Shown: piece by piece, positions 49,200-58,605 of the stretch | How the letters are laid out: each line of letters begins with the position of its first letter | Numbering within the stretch: the first letter of the stretch is position 1 | Source: an uncultured Alphaproteobacteria bacterium | GTDB taxonomy: Bacteria; Pseudomonadota; Alphaproteobacteria; RF32; CAG-239 | Reading direction: 5' to 3' | DNA length: 64,000 nucleotides | NCBI GenBank assembly: GCA_944392835.1 | Contig: CALXYB010000002.1 | Coordinates: 95,917 to 159,916 of the forward strand | Position numbers and translations under genes: made by a program | The notes under the pieces: generated by a model | The model's input: the letters and a program-made list of their open reading frames with translations, nothing else | Told to the model about the DNA's origin: nothing | Databases searched by the model: none

Positions 49200-49749
49200 G
49201 CATAAACGGATAAGCAAGGCAGATATGCTGATTTATAAGGCTTTGAACAAAGCTATTGAGAATGATAAGCTGCGGATTTATTTGGATTATGGCAAGATAA
49301 ATCGTCCGGGGTCGCCGGTTTATGACCCTTGGGAGAGTTTGTTGCCGATTTTGATTCCGGTTTTGCTCGGATTATTGCTGATTTTTTCGGTCGGCGTGTT
49401 GTTCGGTTTGCTGTTTATTGTGGCGATGATTTCGGTTTACAGCGTTTATTTTAAGAAAAAGATTTATCGGCGGCTGATTGAACGCACCAAGCGTTATATC
49501 ACAACCGGATATGAGCATTGTGATACTTTGTGGAATTTTGGCGGTTTGGTTTTTGTTAATGCCGAAAACAAAAAGCTTGGTTGTGTTTCGCCGGAAGGGG
49601 ATTGGAAAGATTTTGTGGTTTTGAATTTTTCAGAGTTTATGACCGAACATAAAGAAGAACCCAAAGAAGAAAAAGAAGAGAAGAAAGAAGAAGCTCCTGA
49701 TGAAAATGCAAAAGCTAAAACAAGGTCAAGAACCAACCCCAGAAGATAA
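49192..49749 (+). CDS. Hypothetical membrane protein with KE-rich tail
   Basis: Two TM helices then a charged tail. Start assumed at MTEHK, overlapping the mltA stop. Confidence 0.5.
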   Translation: MTEHKRISKADMLIYKALNKAIENDKLRIYLDYGKINRPGSPVYDPWESLLPILIPVLLGLLLIFSVGVLFGLLFIVAMISVYSVYFKKKIYRRLIERTKRYITTGYEHCDTLWNFGGLVFVNAENKKLGCVSPEGDWKDFVVLNFSEFMTEHKEEPKEEKEEKKEEAPDENAKAKTRSRTNPRR

Positions 49750-50254
49750 GGATTTTTGGGCAGAAATCGCCGGAGAGGTGCAACGTCTTGATCAACCGCC
49801 AGAGCCGCCGCTTAAAAGTGTGGTTATTAAAGAAGTTGAGCCAACAATTCGGATGAATGAGGTTTACCACGGTAATGATTTAGGCGAGCTGCGTGAGGGA
49901 AGTTTGGCGGATATTGACGGGGCTACCGCCAGAAGATTCAAACGCGGTGATTTTGCTGTTGAGGCAACGCTTGATTTGCACGGTTATACGGAAGAGCGTG
50001 CTTATAATGCCGTGTCTGATTTTATTAAAAAAGCCTATTTGGCGCAAAAGCGTTGTGTATTGATTATTACCGGCAAAGGCTTGGCGCATGATGAAGAAAG
50101 AGATATTTTGGCTTTCAAAGGTTTGTTGAAAGAAAAAGTGCCGCAATGGCTGAATGGTCGCGAATTGCGGCCGTTGATTTTGGCTTTTCGGCATCCGGAT
50201 GTTAAGCTCGGCGGTAGCGGTTCTTTGTATATTTTGTTGCGCCGTAAGAGATAG
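49700..50254 (+). CDS. Smr-domain protein
   Basis: C-terminal Smr domain (LDLHGYTEERA ... ITGKG). Confidence 0.8.
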   Translation: MKMQKLKQGQEPTPEDKDFWAEIAGEVQRLDQPPEPPLKSVVIKEVEPTIRMNEVYHGNDLGELREGSLADIDGATARRFKRGDFAVEATLDLHGYTEERAYNAVSDFIKKAYLAQKRCVLIITGKGLAHDEERDILAFKGLLKEKVPQWLNGRELRPLILAFRHPDVKLGGSGSLYILLRRKR

Positions 50255-50255
50255 A

Positions 50256-50891
50256 CTAAAGTTTTTTATCCGCAGAGTGGCAATAAGCGACAATCGGGCA
50301 TTCGGCACAATTTGGTTTTTGAGCTTTGCAGATGTATCTGCCAAACAAAACTAGCCAGTGATTGGCGTTTTTGACACAGTTTGCGGGCAGAACTTTCAGT
50401 AAGTCCTTTTCTACCTCCAGCGGTGTTTTGCCGTGAGAGAAGTCCAGACGATGGGAAATGCGCATAACATGCGTATCTACAGCCAGAGTCGGTTCATTAA
50501 ACCAAACATTTAAGACAACATTGGCGGTTTTGCGTCCGACACCGGCCAAACTTTCCAAGGCTTCGCGATTGTGCGGAACTTCTCCGTTGTATTTCTCTAC
50601 CAAGTCTTGGCTCAAGGCCATAATGCTTTTGGCTTTGTTATTAAACAAGCCGATGGTTTTAATATATTCTTTGAGTTTGTCTATGCCGAGGTTGAGCATT
50701 TTTTGCGGTGTGTCGGCAACTTCAAACAGCGTCTTAGTGGCTTTGTTGACACCTTTGTCCGTAGACTGAGCAGACAAGACAACCGCCACCAGCAAAGTAT
50801 AGGCATTTTTATAATCCAGTTCGCAACGCGGGTTGGGGTCGCGCTGGTTGAAGATTTCCATAATCTCAAGAATCTCTTTGGCATTACGCAT
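50256..50891 (-). CDS. nth: Endonuclease III
   Basis: HhH-GPD motif and a C-terminal 4Fe-4S cluster (CxxxxxxCxxCxxxxxC). Start ATG 50889-50891 (MRNAKEI) overlaps the tsaD stop by 1 nt. Confidence 0.92.
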   Translation of the reverse strand: MRNAKEILEIMEIFNQRDPNPRCELDYKNAYTLLVAVVLSAQSTDKGVNKATKTLFEVADTPQKMLNLGIDKLKEYIKTIGLFNNKAKSIMALSQDLVEKYNGEVPHNREALESLAGVGRKTANVVLNVWFNEPTLAVDTHVMRISHRLDFSHGKTPLEVEKDLLKVLPANCVKNANHWLVLFGRYICKAQKPNCAECPIVAYCHSADKKL

Positions 50892-51967
50892 TAGGCTTTT
50901 ACTCCTCCGGCGCCTGCCGCTTTGGGGGCATTGCTGTCTAAGGGCCAACGCGGACGTGGTTTGAAGTCCAGGTCATTGGTGTAGCCTTTGGCAAAGCGCT
51001 CCAAGCCGGCCCAAGCTATCATTACGCCGTTGTCGGTGCAAAAACGAACCGGCGGGGCAGAAAATTCAAGACCATTTTTATCAGCGAGTTCTTTAAGTTT
51101 GCCACGCAGAAAGGTGTTTGCGGCAACACCGCCAGAAACAACCAAATCTTTGCCTTCGGGATAGTTTTGTTTGAAATAGGTGATGGCTTTGGCAAGCTTG
51201 CGTGTTAAACAATCCGTGGCGGCAACTTGAAAAGCGGCGCAGATATCTGCTGCTTCACGCTTGCGCATAATGGCGTGCTCAATATTACCGTCTTCCGAGT
51301 AAGATTCAATAATCTTACGCACGGCGGTTTTTAAGCCGGAGAAAGACAAGTTGCAATCGCCGGAACCAATCAGCGGGCGGGGCAAAACGAATCTGTCCGG
51401 ATTGCCTACCGCAGCCATCTTTTCTATCATTGGGCCGCCGGGGTAGCCTAAGCCCAACATTTTGGCAACCTTGTCAAAAGCCTCGCCGGCAGCGTCATCA
51501 ATGGTGGTTCCTAAGCGCTCATATTCGCCGACATCTTTAACAACGAGTATCTGGCAATGTCCGCCGGAAACCAAAAGCAACAGATAGGGATATTTTACGT
51601 CGCTGGTTAAGCGTGCGGCAAGGGCGTGGCCTTCCAGATGATTGACGGCAACAAAAGGTTTGTTTAGCGCCAGAGCCAAGGCTTTTCCAGCCATGACACC
51701 AACGACAACACCACCGATTAAGCCGGGGCCGGAAGAGGAGGCAATCGCATCAATGTCTTCTAACTTTATGCCGGCACGTTTGACGCAGAGTTCTATAATC
51801 TCGTCAATATGTTCCAAATGCGCGCGTGCGGCAATTTCCGGGACAACACCGCCAAAGGTTTTGTGTTCTTCTTGCGAAAGTAGGCTTTCACCCAGAATCT
51901 CACGCTTGTCATTAACAATGGCGGCGGCTGTTTCATCACAACTGCTTTCTATTCCTAAAACTATCAT
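50891..51967 (-). CDS. tsaD: tRNA N6-adenosine threonylcarbamoyltransferase TsaD
   Basis: Starts MIVLGIESSCDETAAAIV and carries the HxxxH metal motif. The 5' part of the 627-aa tool ORF is a non-coding in-frame extension. Confidence 0.93.
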   Translation of the reverse strand: MIVLGIESSCDETAAAIVNDKREILGESLLSQEEHKTFGGVVPEIAARAHLEHIDEIIELCVKRAGIKLEDIDAIASSSGPGLIGGVVVGVMAGKALALALNKPFVAVNHLEGHALAARLTSDVKYPYLLLLVSGGHCQILVVKDVGEYERLGTTIDDAAGEAFDKVAKMLGLGYPGGPMIEKMAAVGNPDRFVLPRPLIGSGDCNLSFSGLKTAVRKIIESYSEDGNIEHAIMRKREAADICAAFQVAATDCLTRKLAKAITYFKQNYPEGKDLVVSGGVAANTFLRGKLKELADKNGLEFSAPPVRFCTDNGVMIAWAGLERFAKGYTNDLDFKPRPRWPLDSNAPKAAGAGGVKA

Positions 51968-52078
51968 CTGAAAATCCCAAATTTTGTTGCAGTTTTTGTA
52001 AAATCTTAATACATTATAGGCATAGTAATAAACTATATTTGGAAAATTGCCAAGAATTATCAGCAAAGGGGTTGAGAA

Positions 52079-53110
52079 ATGGTCAAAACCGAAGAGCTTG
52101 CAGAGAAAAAACAGCCGGAGGAAAAAGAGCTTCCGAAAGCAAAAATTTCTAAATTTAAGTTGTTTTTTTGGATGATTGTGGTTTTGGCTGTGGTTGGGGT
52201 TTCGCTTTGTCCGCAAACGCTGCTTCGGGTTTATGATTATGCCATTGAGCGTTTGGGTAAAAATGAACCGCAAGGTCCAACGCCGTTGGAGGTTTTGCAA
52301 CAGGAAGTTAATGCTTTGCAAAAGCAACTGGCGCAAATGCAATATCGTTTGGAAAACCAAGGACCGACAACAGCAACTGTGATGATTGATGATGCGGATT
52401 TGGCGATGATGAAAGAGCGTTTGGCAGTTATTGAAAAACAGAATCTGAACGTGATTAACTCTAAGGCAGACGTGGCTTTGGTTTTGGGTCTTTTGACCAG
52501 ACTGGATAAGGCGGAAGCACAAATCGGCAAGCTTACCAAAATCTCGGATGACGGTGCTTTGATTTTGAGTGCGACCATGATGGTCAAGGATACTGCCGAA
52601 AAAGGCGAGCCTTTTGCTTATGAAGCCGAAGTTTTGGATATCTTGGCCAAAGGGGATGCGCAAATCAGCGCTTCCGTGGCAGAGATTGTGAAATATGCGC
52701 CGCAGGGGATTAAGTCTAAGACGGCTTTGATTGCCGAATTTGATGCTCTTTATGAAGAGGCGGTTGCTCAGCAAAAAGCAGAATTTACAAAAACATGGAA
52801 AGACAGACTAAACAGCAAGCTCAACGAAATTATTAAGGTTAAGAAAACCAAAAAAGACGCACCTGAGTTTGAAGAAGATAAGTTGCTTGAAAAAGCCAAG
52901 GGCTTGGTTGATGAAGGAAAATTTGAAAAAGCTATGGCTTTGTTAACAGAAGTTGAGCAAAAAGATGCCAAAACAGCCGCATTGTTGAATGGTTGGTTGG
53001 CTGAAGCTCAGGCAAGATTGGAGTTTGATAAGGCTGTGAGCCAAATTTCGGCTCACTCATTGGCGCTGATGAAAGTGAACTATATTAAAGGAGAAACCGA
53101 TTATGACTAG
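52079..53110 (+). CDS. COG4223 / HemX-like (mitofilin-like) inner-membrane protein
   Basis: One TM helix and a coiled-coil periplasmic region, in the conserved position between tsaD and the HemY-like gene. Confidence 0.65.
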   Translation: MVKTEELAEKKQPEEKELPKAKISKFKLFFWMIVVLAVVGVSLCPQTLLRVYDYAIERLGKNEPQGPTPLEVLQQEVNALQKQLAQMQYRLENQGPTTATVMIDDADLAMMKERLAVIEKQNLNVINSKADVALVLGLLTRLDKAEAQIGKLTKISDDGALILSATMMVKDTAEKGEPFAYEAEVLDILAKGDAQISASVAEIVKYAPQGIKSKTALIAEFDALYEEAVAQQKAEFTKTWKDRLNSKLNEIIKVKKTKKDAPEFEEDKLLEKAKGLVDEGKFEKAMALLTEVEQKDAKTAALLNGWLAEAQARLEFDKAVSQISAHSLALMKVNYIKGETDYD

Positions 53111-54533
53111 AAAAATATCATCTTTTATCTTTATCGGTCTGATTTTTACGCTGGCGGTGTGGATGTCAGACAAAAACAGCGTGATTACCGTTGATTGGCG
53201 CGGGTATGTTAATCGGTTTTCTATTCCCGAGGCCATGCTGTTGGTGTTGGTCTTTGTGGCGGTGGTTGATTTCTTGAACAGAATCTTGCGCAAGCTGGTT
53301 ATGGCTCAGGTGAAAGAAACGTACCGTTATAATCTCGGAAATATGGTAAACGAGGGTGAGGCAATTAATGTTTTGGCTGACAAAATCAGCGAAAAAATCG
53401 TTATTGACCGCCACGACTTTGATAATTCACTTTTGTTGGTTTTGCGCACGATGACAAGTATTACAGCCGGTGATATGAAGGAAGCTCGGATTAACTTGCG
53501 CGCTTTGAAAAAACTGATTGGCAATGACCCGATTATAGATCTCTTGAAGATGAAGATTTATAAGGGAGAAAAAGATTTTGACAAGATGGAAAAGCTGTCT
53601 GCCAAGATTATGAAGAATGATGATATTCGTCTGGTTGGTATGAAAGCTGCCGTTGAAGCTCAGATGCAGAAAAAAGAATTTGCCGAGGCTTTGGCTACGG
53701 CTAACAAAGCTTTTGAACTTCGTCAGGACTTGTATTGGGTTATTGAAAGTGCTTTTGAACTCCGTGCCAAAGCCGGAGATTGGGATGGCGCTTTGCAGGT
53801 TTTGGAATCGGGAAATAAGAAAAAAATTATTCCAAACACAAAATTTAAGCGCCTGAGAGCCATTGTATTATATGAGATGGCTTTGGAGGCACAGAAAAAA
53901 GGTGATGATGTTAACTTCTTCCGTTTGTGTTCTCAAGCAATTGAGTGTGATGAAACTTTGGTTCCTGCCGCTGTTGCAATGGCTAGATATTATAATGCCA
54001 ATGATAATCAGTATCGTAAGGCTGCGAAAGTTTTGTTGAATGCCTGGAATAAAAACCCGACAGCGGACGTTGCTTATGAATATTTAAAACTTTATCCGAA
54101 AGATGATATTACCGCAAAAATTCAGCGTGTTGAGACTTTGGCTCAGACAAATTCTTTGCGTCCGTCTTTGAATAATCTGTTGTTGGCTGAGCTGTCTACG
54201 GAGGCCGGACTTTGGGGTAAGGCTAAAGCTGAGATTGAGATGTTCTTGATCAATAATCCGGCGACCAAAAAGCTGGCTAAGATGATTGCTCAATATGAAA
54301 AGCTTAGCAATAATGATAAAAAAGAAGCGGCTAAATGGAAAAAGAAAGAAGCAACCTGTGCAGATGATGCAATGTGGGTTTGTGATGAGTGTGGTCATGC
54401 TACTGAAGAATGGCAGCCGATTTGTCCGAAATGCGGTTCCTTTGGTTTGAGCCATTGGCGCTTGTATGTTGAGAAACCTGAAAACGAGGCAATCGTTGAG
54501 GTTCAGGCATCAGATGATGATAACGACGAATAA
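53103..54533 (+). CDS. HemY_N-domain TPR membrane protein
   Basis: HemY_N-like N-terminus (two TM helices flanking WRGY), TPR repeats and a C-terminal C4 zinc ribbon. Confidence 0.75.
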   Translation: MTRKISSFIFIGLIFTLAVWMSDKNSVITVDWRGYVNRFSIPEAMLLVLVFVAVVDFLNRILRKLVMAQVKETYRYNLGNMVNEGEAINVLADKISEKIVIDRHDFDNSLLLVLRTMTSITAGDMKEARINLRALKKLIGNDPIIDLLKMKIYKGEKDFDKMEKLSAKIMKNDDIRLVGMKAAVEAQMQKKEFAEALATANKAFELRQDLYWVIESAFELRAKAGDWDGALQVLESGNKKKIIPNTKFKRLRAIVLYEMALEAQKKGDDVNFFRLCSQAIECDETLVPAAVAMARYYNANDNQYRKAAKVLLNAWNKNPTADVAYEYLKLYPKDDITAKIQRVETLAQTNSLRPSLNNLLLAELSTEAGLWGKAKAEIEMFLINNPATKKLAKMIAQYEKLSNNDKKEAAKWKKKEATCADDAMWVCDECGHATEEWQPICPKCGSFGLSHWRLYVEKPENEAIVEVQASDDDNDE

Positions 54534-54599
54534 TTAAAAATTTGGCGGCTGACAGTTTTCTGTCGGCCGTTATTTTAAATAAAATTAGCGGAGAGGGTT

Positions 54600-55997
54600 A
54601 TGGAAAACAATATGCTTAAAAAAGTTTGGTCAGAGAAGTTTAAACAAGTTCCCGAAACATTACAGCGAATCCGTGAAGTTAGGTCTGCGGCGACGGCTTT
54701 TAATACAAATATTGATGCCGTGTTGAAGATTAAGGGTAAGGACTTGGAAAAACTAGCTGCTAAGCAAAAGCTCTCTTTGCAGGACTTGGAGCGTATTGAA
54801 CATACAAAGTTACTAGCTCCGTCTGATGTGGTTAAGGGAATCTTTAAGTGCTTTAAGAACGGTATTGCCGAAGAGTGGTTGACCGAAGATAAGGCAATTT
54901 ATGATTGGATGGTGGAAAATCTGGGCTATGATCGTTTGCAAATGGGCGGGCAAGGCGGTATTGTTGCCAATGTTTTGGCTGTGGTCGGTGTGCAGAAGGT
55001 GGTGGCGCATACAAACTCTTTGCCTAAGCTTCAGGCAGAGCAGTTTTTGCCATTAAAAAATTTGGTTTCTTTTGATGAAAAAGGTGCAGAAAAACCTGCT
55101 TCAGAAATTGACAGAGCCAAAGATATTCCACTCATCCACTGGATTATTGAATTTGATAAGGGTGATGAGGTTGTTTTGGATGGGCAGAAATTTGTTTGCC
55201 CGAAGTCTAATCGCTTTATTGCAACTTATGACCCATTGAACCTTAAACTGGTGGTGGATGAGAATTTTGTTAAGGCTTTGGCAAAAGACAAGGCTGAATA
55301 TATTGTGCTTTCGGGTTTCCATGCCTTAACCGAGCAAAATAACGGTGTTAAGCTGCAGGATGATATTTTGCCGGTTATTAAAAGCTGGAAGGAGCAGGGA
55401 AGCTTAATCCATTTGGAAATTGCATCTACGCAAGATATTGCCGTACGCAAGGCTTTGTTACAAAAAATTGCACCGATTGTTGATTCTATAGGCATCAATG
55501 AGCGTGAGGCGATGGATATTCTGGAAGTTATCGGTGAAGAAGATTTGGCCAAAGAATGCAACGCCAACCCGAACTCAGTGAATATGTTTAAGGCGTTGTT
55601 TAAGATTAAGAAACATATGGAAGCCCCCAGAATCCAGCTGCATATGTTTGGGTTATATATGACTTTGCAAGATGAGGGTTTTAAGATTTCGCCGGAAGCA
55701 AATTTGCGCGGGATGATGTTGGCGGCTACAGTTGCAGCCGGAAAAGCCGGTACGGGAAACATTAATAAAGCTGAGAACTTGTTATGGGCGCAAGGGCAGG
55801 AGGTTTCGGATATCGGGTTAAACGAACTGGCAAAGTTGGCTGATTATGTTAAAAGATCTGATTTACTTGAAACAGGTTTTGCTGCTTATGAAGGTTTTGA
55901 GCTGATTGCTTTGCCGACAATTATTGTTGAGAAGCCTCTGACCTTGGTTGGTATGGGCGACACAATCTCGTCGCTTTCGTTATTGGCTGCCAGATAG
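54600..55997 (+). CDS. ADP-dependent glucokinase/phosphofructokinase family (ribokinase superfamily) sugar kinase-like protein
   Basis: NxNxD motif (AFNTNIDAV), large-domain motif (QMGGQGGIVANVL) and the C-terminal catalytic GxGDxxS motif (VGMGDTISS). Confidence 0.7.
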   Translation: MENNMLKKVWSEKFKQVPETLQRIREVRSAATAFNTNIDAVLKIKGKDLEKLAAKQKLSLQDLERIEHTKLLAPSDVVKGIFKCFKNGIAEEWLTEDKAIYDWMVENLGYDRLQMGGQGGIVANVLAVVGVQKVVAHTNSLPKLQAEQFLPLKNLVSFDEKGAEKPASEIDRAKDIPLIHWIIEFDKGDEVVLDGQKFVCPKSNRFIATYDPLNLKLVVDENFVKALAKDKAEYIVLSGFHALTEQNNGVKLQDDILPVIKSWKEQGSLIHLEIASTQDIAVRKALLQKIAPIVDSIGINEREAMDILEVIGEEDLAKECNANPNSVNMFKALFKIKKHMEAPRIQLHMFGLYMTLQDEGFKISPEANLRGMMLAATVAAGKAGTGNINKAENLLWAQGQEVSDIGLNELAKLADYVKRSDLLETGFAAYEGFELIALPTIIVEKPLTLVGMGDTISSLSLLAAR

Positions 55998-56005
55998 TCG
56001 GTGTT

Positions 56006-56638
56006 ATGTTAAGCAGACTTTCGGAACTAAATGATAGATATATCCAAAACAATGGTTTTGGGTGTGGTGATGAGGCTTTTGTTTTTACGGATAGAAGCTC
56101 AAAGCTTGTTTTGTCGGCACCGCATGCAGTTAAAACATATCTTAACGGCAAAGTGAAATCCGCAGATTTATTTACGGGGGCGTTGGTGGATTTTGTCGGC
56201 GAAAAATGCCAAATCTCAACCCTTATTCGCACATCATATCAGGATAAAGAATATTTAGCCGATGAATTTATTAAGGTGCAGAATATCGGAGAAAAGTTCT
56301 TTTTAGATATTCACGGAATGGTGGACCATGAGGATTTTGAGTTAGCTGTCGGCACGGGATTATTGGAAGCTGACGCATATCAAAAAGCCGTTAATGCCGT
56401 TGGCATTATCGGGGAGAAATATGGACTGCGTAAGGTTCTTAATCATCCCCATTATTCCGGAATTGCCGGAATGAAGGCCTTGACCGCGCGTATGCAGATG
56501 TTTACGGGAAAACCATTGGCTTTGCAGTTGGAAATCGGACGAGAATACAGAGACTTTCAGGAGTTTCCGAAAAAGGTTATAGAAAAAACAGTCCCTTTTT
56601 TGCAAGAGTTGGTTTTGAATCTGGAAAAGCAGCTTTGA
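56006..56638 (+). CDS. Hypothetical protein, possibly N-formylglutamate amidohydrolase (FGase)-like zinc hydrolase
   Basis: FGase-like motifs SAPHAV, ADLFTGALVD and LDIHGM. It starts 9 nt after the kinase stop. Confidence 0.45.
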   Translation: MLSRLSELNDRYIQNNGFGCGDEAFVFTDRSSKLVLSAPHAVKTYLNGKVKSADLFTGALVDFVGEKCQISTLIRTSYQDKEYLADEFIKVQNIGEKFFLDIHGMVDHEDFELAVGTGLLEADAYQKAVNAVGIIGEKYGLRKVLNHPHYSGIAGMKALTARMQMFTGKPLALQLEIGREYRDFQEFPKKVIEKTVPFLQELVLNLEKQL

Positions 56639-56641
56639 GGC

Positions 56642-57181
56642 TTAGTTTTTATCTTTCAGAAAAGTGTTAATTGCATCAATAACCCTTTGAACGGTATTGT
56701 CTACTTGCTCTTCTTTAGTCTCAACAATGATGTCTGCTTCGGAATAGTAGGGATATTCTTCTTTAATGTATTTTTCCAGCTTGTTTTTTAAGTGTTCGTC
56801 ATTGCCTTTGAGAAAAGGACGATGTTTGCGACCTGCCGTGCGGTGATAAAGAACATCAATATCTGCCTTAAGCCAGATGGTGATGGCGTGTTCTTTGGCC
56901 AGAGCTCTGGTTTGTTCAGCCACAAAAGAACCGCCGCCTGACGCCAGAACGCAAGGCGCGCCTTGCAACAGACGTTTCATAACGCGTTGTTCGCCGGCGC
57001 GATATTCTTCCGCACCAAAACACTTCAAAACATCAATCAAAGAAAGACCGGCGGCTTTCTCAATCTCTTGGTCTCCGTCAACAAAGGGAAGGTCTAATTT
57101 TTTTGCCAGTCTTTTACCCACGCTGGTTTTGCCACTTCCCATTAAGCCGACCAGCAGGATTATTTTATCAAATTGTTGCAT
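56642..57181 (-). CDS. aroK: Shikimate kinase
   Basis: P-loop GLMGSGKTSVG. ATG 57179-57181 is preferred over the tool's TTG start. Confidence 0.9.
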   Translation of the reverse strand: MQQFDKIILLVGLMGSGKTSVGKRLAKKLDLPFVDGDQEIEKAAGLSLIDVLKCFGAEEYRAGEQRVMKRLLQGAPCVLASGGGSFVAEQTRALAKEHAITIWLKADIDVLYHRTAGRKHRPFLKGNDEHLKNKLEKYIKEEYPYYSEADIIVETKEEQVDNTVQRVIDAINTFLKDKN

Positions 57182-57266
57182 TTTTTTTAATTTTTCTTTC
57201 AATCTCTTTTGATAAATAATATAGTGAATCGCATATTTATCAATAATTTTTATAAGGTTATAAGAT

Positions 57267-57410
57267 ATGAGACAGAAAAAATCAAACGCAATATTTTATA
57301 TTTTGGGTGTTGTTATTTTGGCGGGATTGTTCTTTGTGCTTTCTCGTGATGTGAGTGTTAAGACCGAAGTTGTTGAACAGCCTTTGGAAAATACGTTTTT
57401 GAATAAGTAG
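57267..57410 (+). CDS. Possible small membrane protein (47 aa) upstream of xerD
   Basis: ATG, one TM helix (AIFYILGVVILAGLFFVL) and a stop 5 nt before the xerD ATG. It is below the ORF-track length cutoff. Confidence 0.3.
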   Translation: MRQKKSNAIFYILGVVILAGLFFVLSRDVSVKTEVVEQPLENTFLNK

Positions 57411-57415
57411 GCTCA

Positions 57416-58321
57416 ATGCAGAATTTCGGAATAGATGAGTTCTTGGAGATGATGGCGGCCGAAAAAGGGGCTGCTCAAAATACGCTTGAGGCTTATCGCC
57501 GAGATGTTCAGCAGTTTATAGATTTTGTTGCCGCAAAGGATGTTTCTGATTTTACGCGGACGGATGTTTCAGCTTTTGTGCAAGACTTGGGCGAACGTAA
57601 GTTTTCGCCTAAAACCGTAGCAAGAAAGCTCTCGGCCGTGCGTGAATATTTTAAGTTTTTGTATTCGGAGAAAGAGATTAAAGATAATCCGGCGGCGAAT
57701 GTTTTATCTCCTAAAAAAGAAAAGTCTTTGCCAAAGTTTTTGACCGAAGAAGAAATCAGGCAGCTGATTGAGGCGGCAAAAGCGCATCCGGACTTTCGGC
57801 ACAAAAGAACCGCGGTTATGTTGGAGCTGATGTATGCCTGCGGTTTGCGCGTGTCCGAGCTTGTCAGCCTGCCTGAGAATTGTATAAATTATGATAAAAA
57901 ACAGATTATGCTCAAAGGTAAAGGCAGCAAAGAGCGAATCGTTCCCGTGGCTGTGGCTGCGTTGAATGCTGTTTCCGAGTATATGACTTATCGGGATTAT
58001 TTTTTGAAAGCAGGCCGAAAATCTGTTTGGTTGTTTCCTTCCAAAATATCTTCTTCCGGACATATTACGCGAGATGCTTTTTTTAAAAATATTAAAGATG
58101 CGGCGATAGAAGCCGGTTTGCCTCGCGAAAGAGTTACGCCGCACGTTTTGCGCCACTCTTTTGCCACCCATCTGCTCAATCATGATGTGGATTTGCGCTC
58201 CGTGCAAAAAATGCTCGGGCATGAAGATATCGGCACAACCGAAATATACACCCATATCATCTCCGAAGCGTTGATTAGGAAGGTGCAGAGTAAACACCCT
58301 CTGGCTAAAAAACTCGTGTAA
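57416..58321 (+). CDS. xerD: Site-specific tyrosine recombinase XerD
   Basis: Catalytic R...K...HxxR...Y residues (ARGLR, HVLRHSFAT, EIYTH). It sits divergent to aroK. Confidence 0.9.
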   Translation: MQNFGIDEFLEMMAAEKGAAQNTLEAYRRDVQQFIDFVAAKDVSDFTRTDVSAFVQDLGERKFSPKTVARKLSAVREYFKFLYSEKEIKDNPAANVLSPKKEKSLPKFLTEEEIRQLIEAAKAHPDFRHKRTAVMLELMYACGLRVSELVSLPENCINYDKKQIMLKGKGSKERIVPVAVAALNAVSEYMTYRDYFLKAGRKSVWLFPSKISSSGHITRDAFFKNIKDAAIEAGLPRERVTPHVLRHSFATHLLNHDVDLRSVQKMLGHEDIGTTEIYTHIISEALIRKVQSKHPLAKKLV

Positions 58322-58338
58322 TGGGTAACTAATACAGA
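58307..58338. repeat. 32-bp repeat element copy 2 (aaaaaactcgtgtaatgggtaactaatacaga)
   Basis: 30/32 identical to 46623-46654. The first 15 nt reach into the end of xerD and cover its stop codon, so it follows the stop as copy 1 does at nrdB. Confidence 0.6.
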
Positions 58339-58418
58339 AACTGCGGGGTAAAATTTTTAGTCATGTACTTCTGTGTACACTCAAAAAATTTTTCCCTTGT
58401 TTCTTATTATTTACCTCA

Positions 58419-58526
58419 TTCTCCGAGTTTTTACAAAAAGTGGTCATCTAGTACAGAAATTTCAGGTCAAAAGTGTCCTCACGACCTTTATTCTCCGAGT
58501 TTTTACAAAACTCGTGTAATGCTTAT
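58419..58526. repeat. Direct repeats ttctccgagtttttacaaaa (x2, 72 bp apart) plus a third partial copy of the ctcgtgtaatg motif
   Basis: Exact 20-mers at 58419-58438 and 58491-58510; acaaaactcgtgtaatg lies at 58505-58521. Confidence 0.6.
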
Positions 58527-58544
58527 TTAGGTTATGTAAGAAAA

Positions 58545-58588
58545 TTTAAAAAAAATTACGGGAGGGTGCGGTTAAGCAACTCCTCCCG
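58545..58588 (-). terminator. Rho-independent terminator after the 290-aa hypothetical gene
   Basis: Stem cgggagg/cctcccg followed on the minus strand by T12. Confidence 0.65.
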
Positions 58589-58605
58589 AGGTTTGACATC
58601 ATAAT

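Noticed and set aside
50891-52774. 627-aa ORF on the minus strand (tool output)
   Set aside because: Only the C-terminal 358 aa (from MIVLGIESS at 51967) is TsaD. The N-terminal 269 aa is low-complexity read-through across the intergenic region and the opposite-strand HemX-like gene, with no start context.
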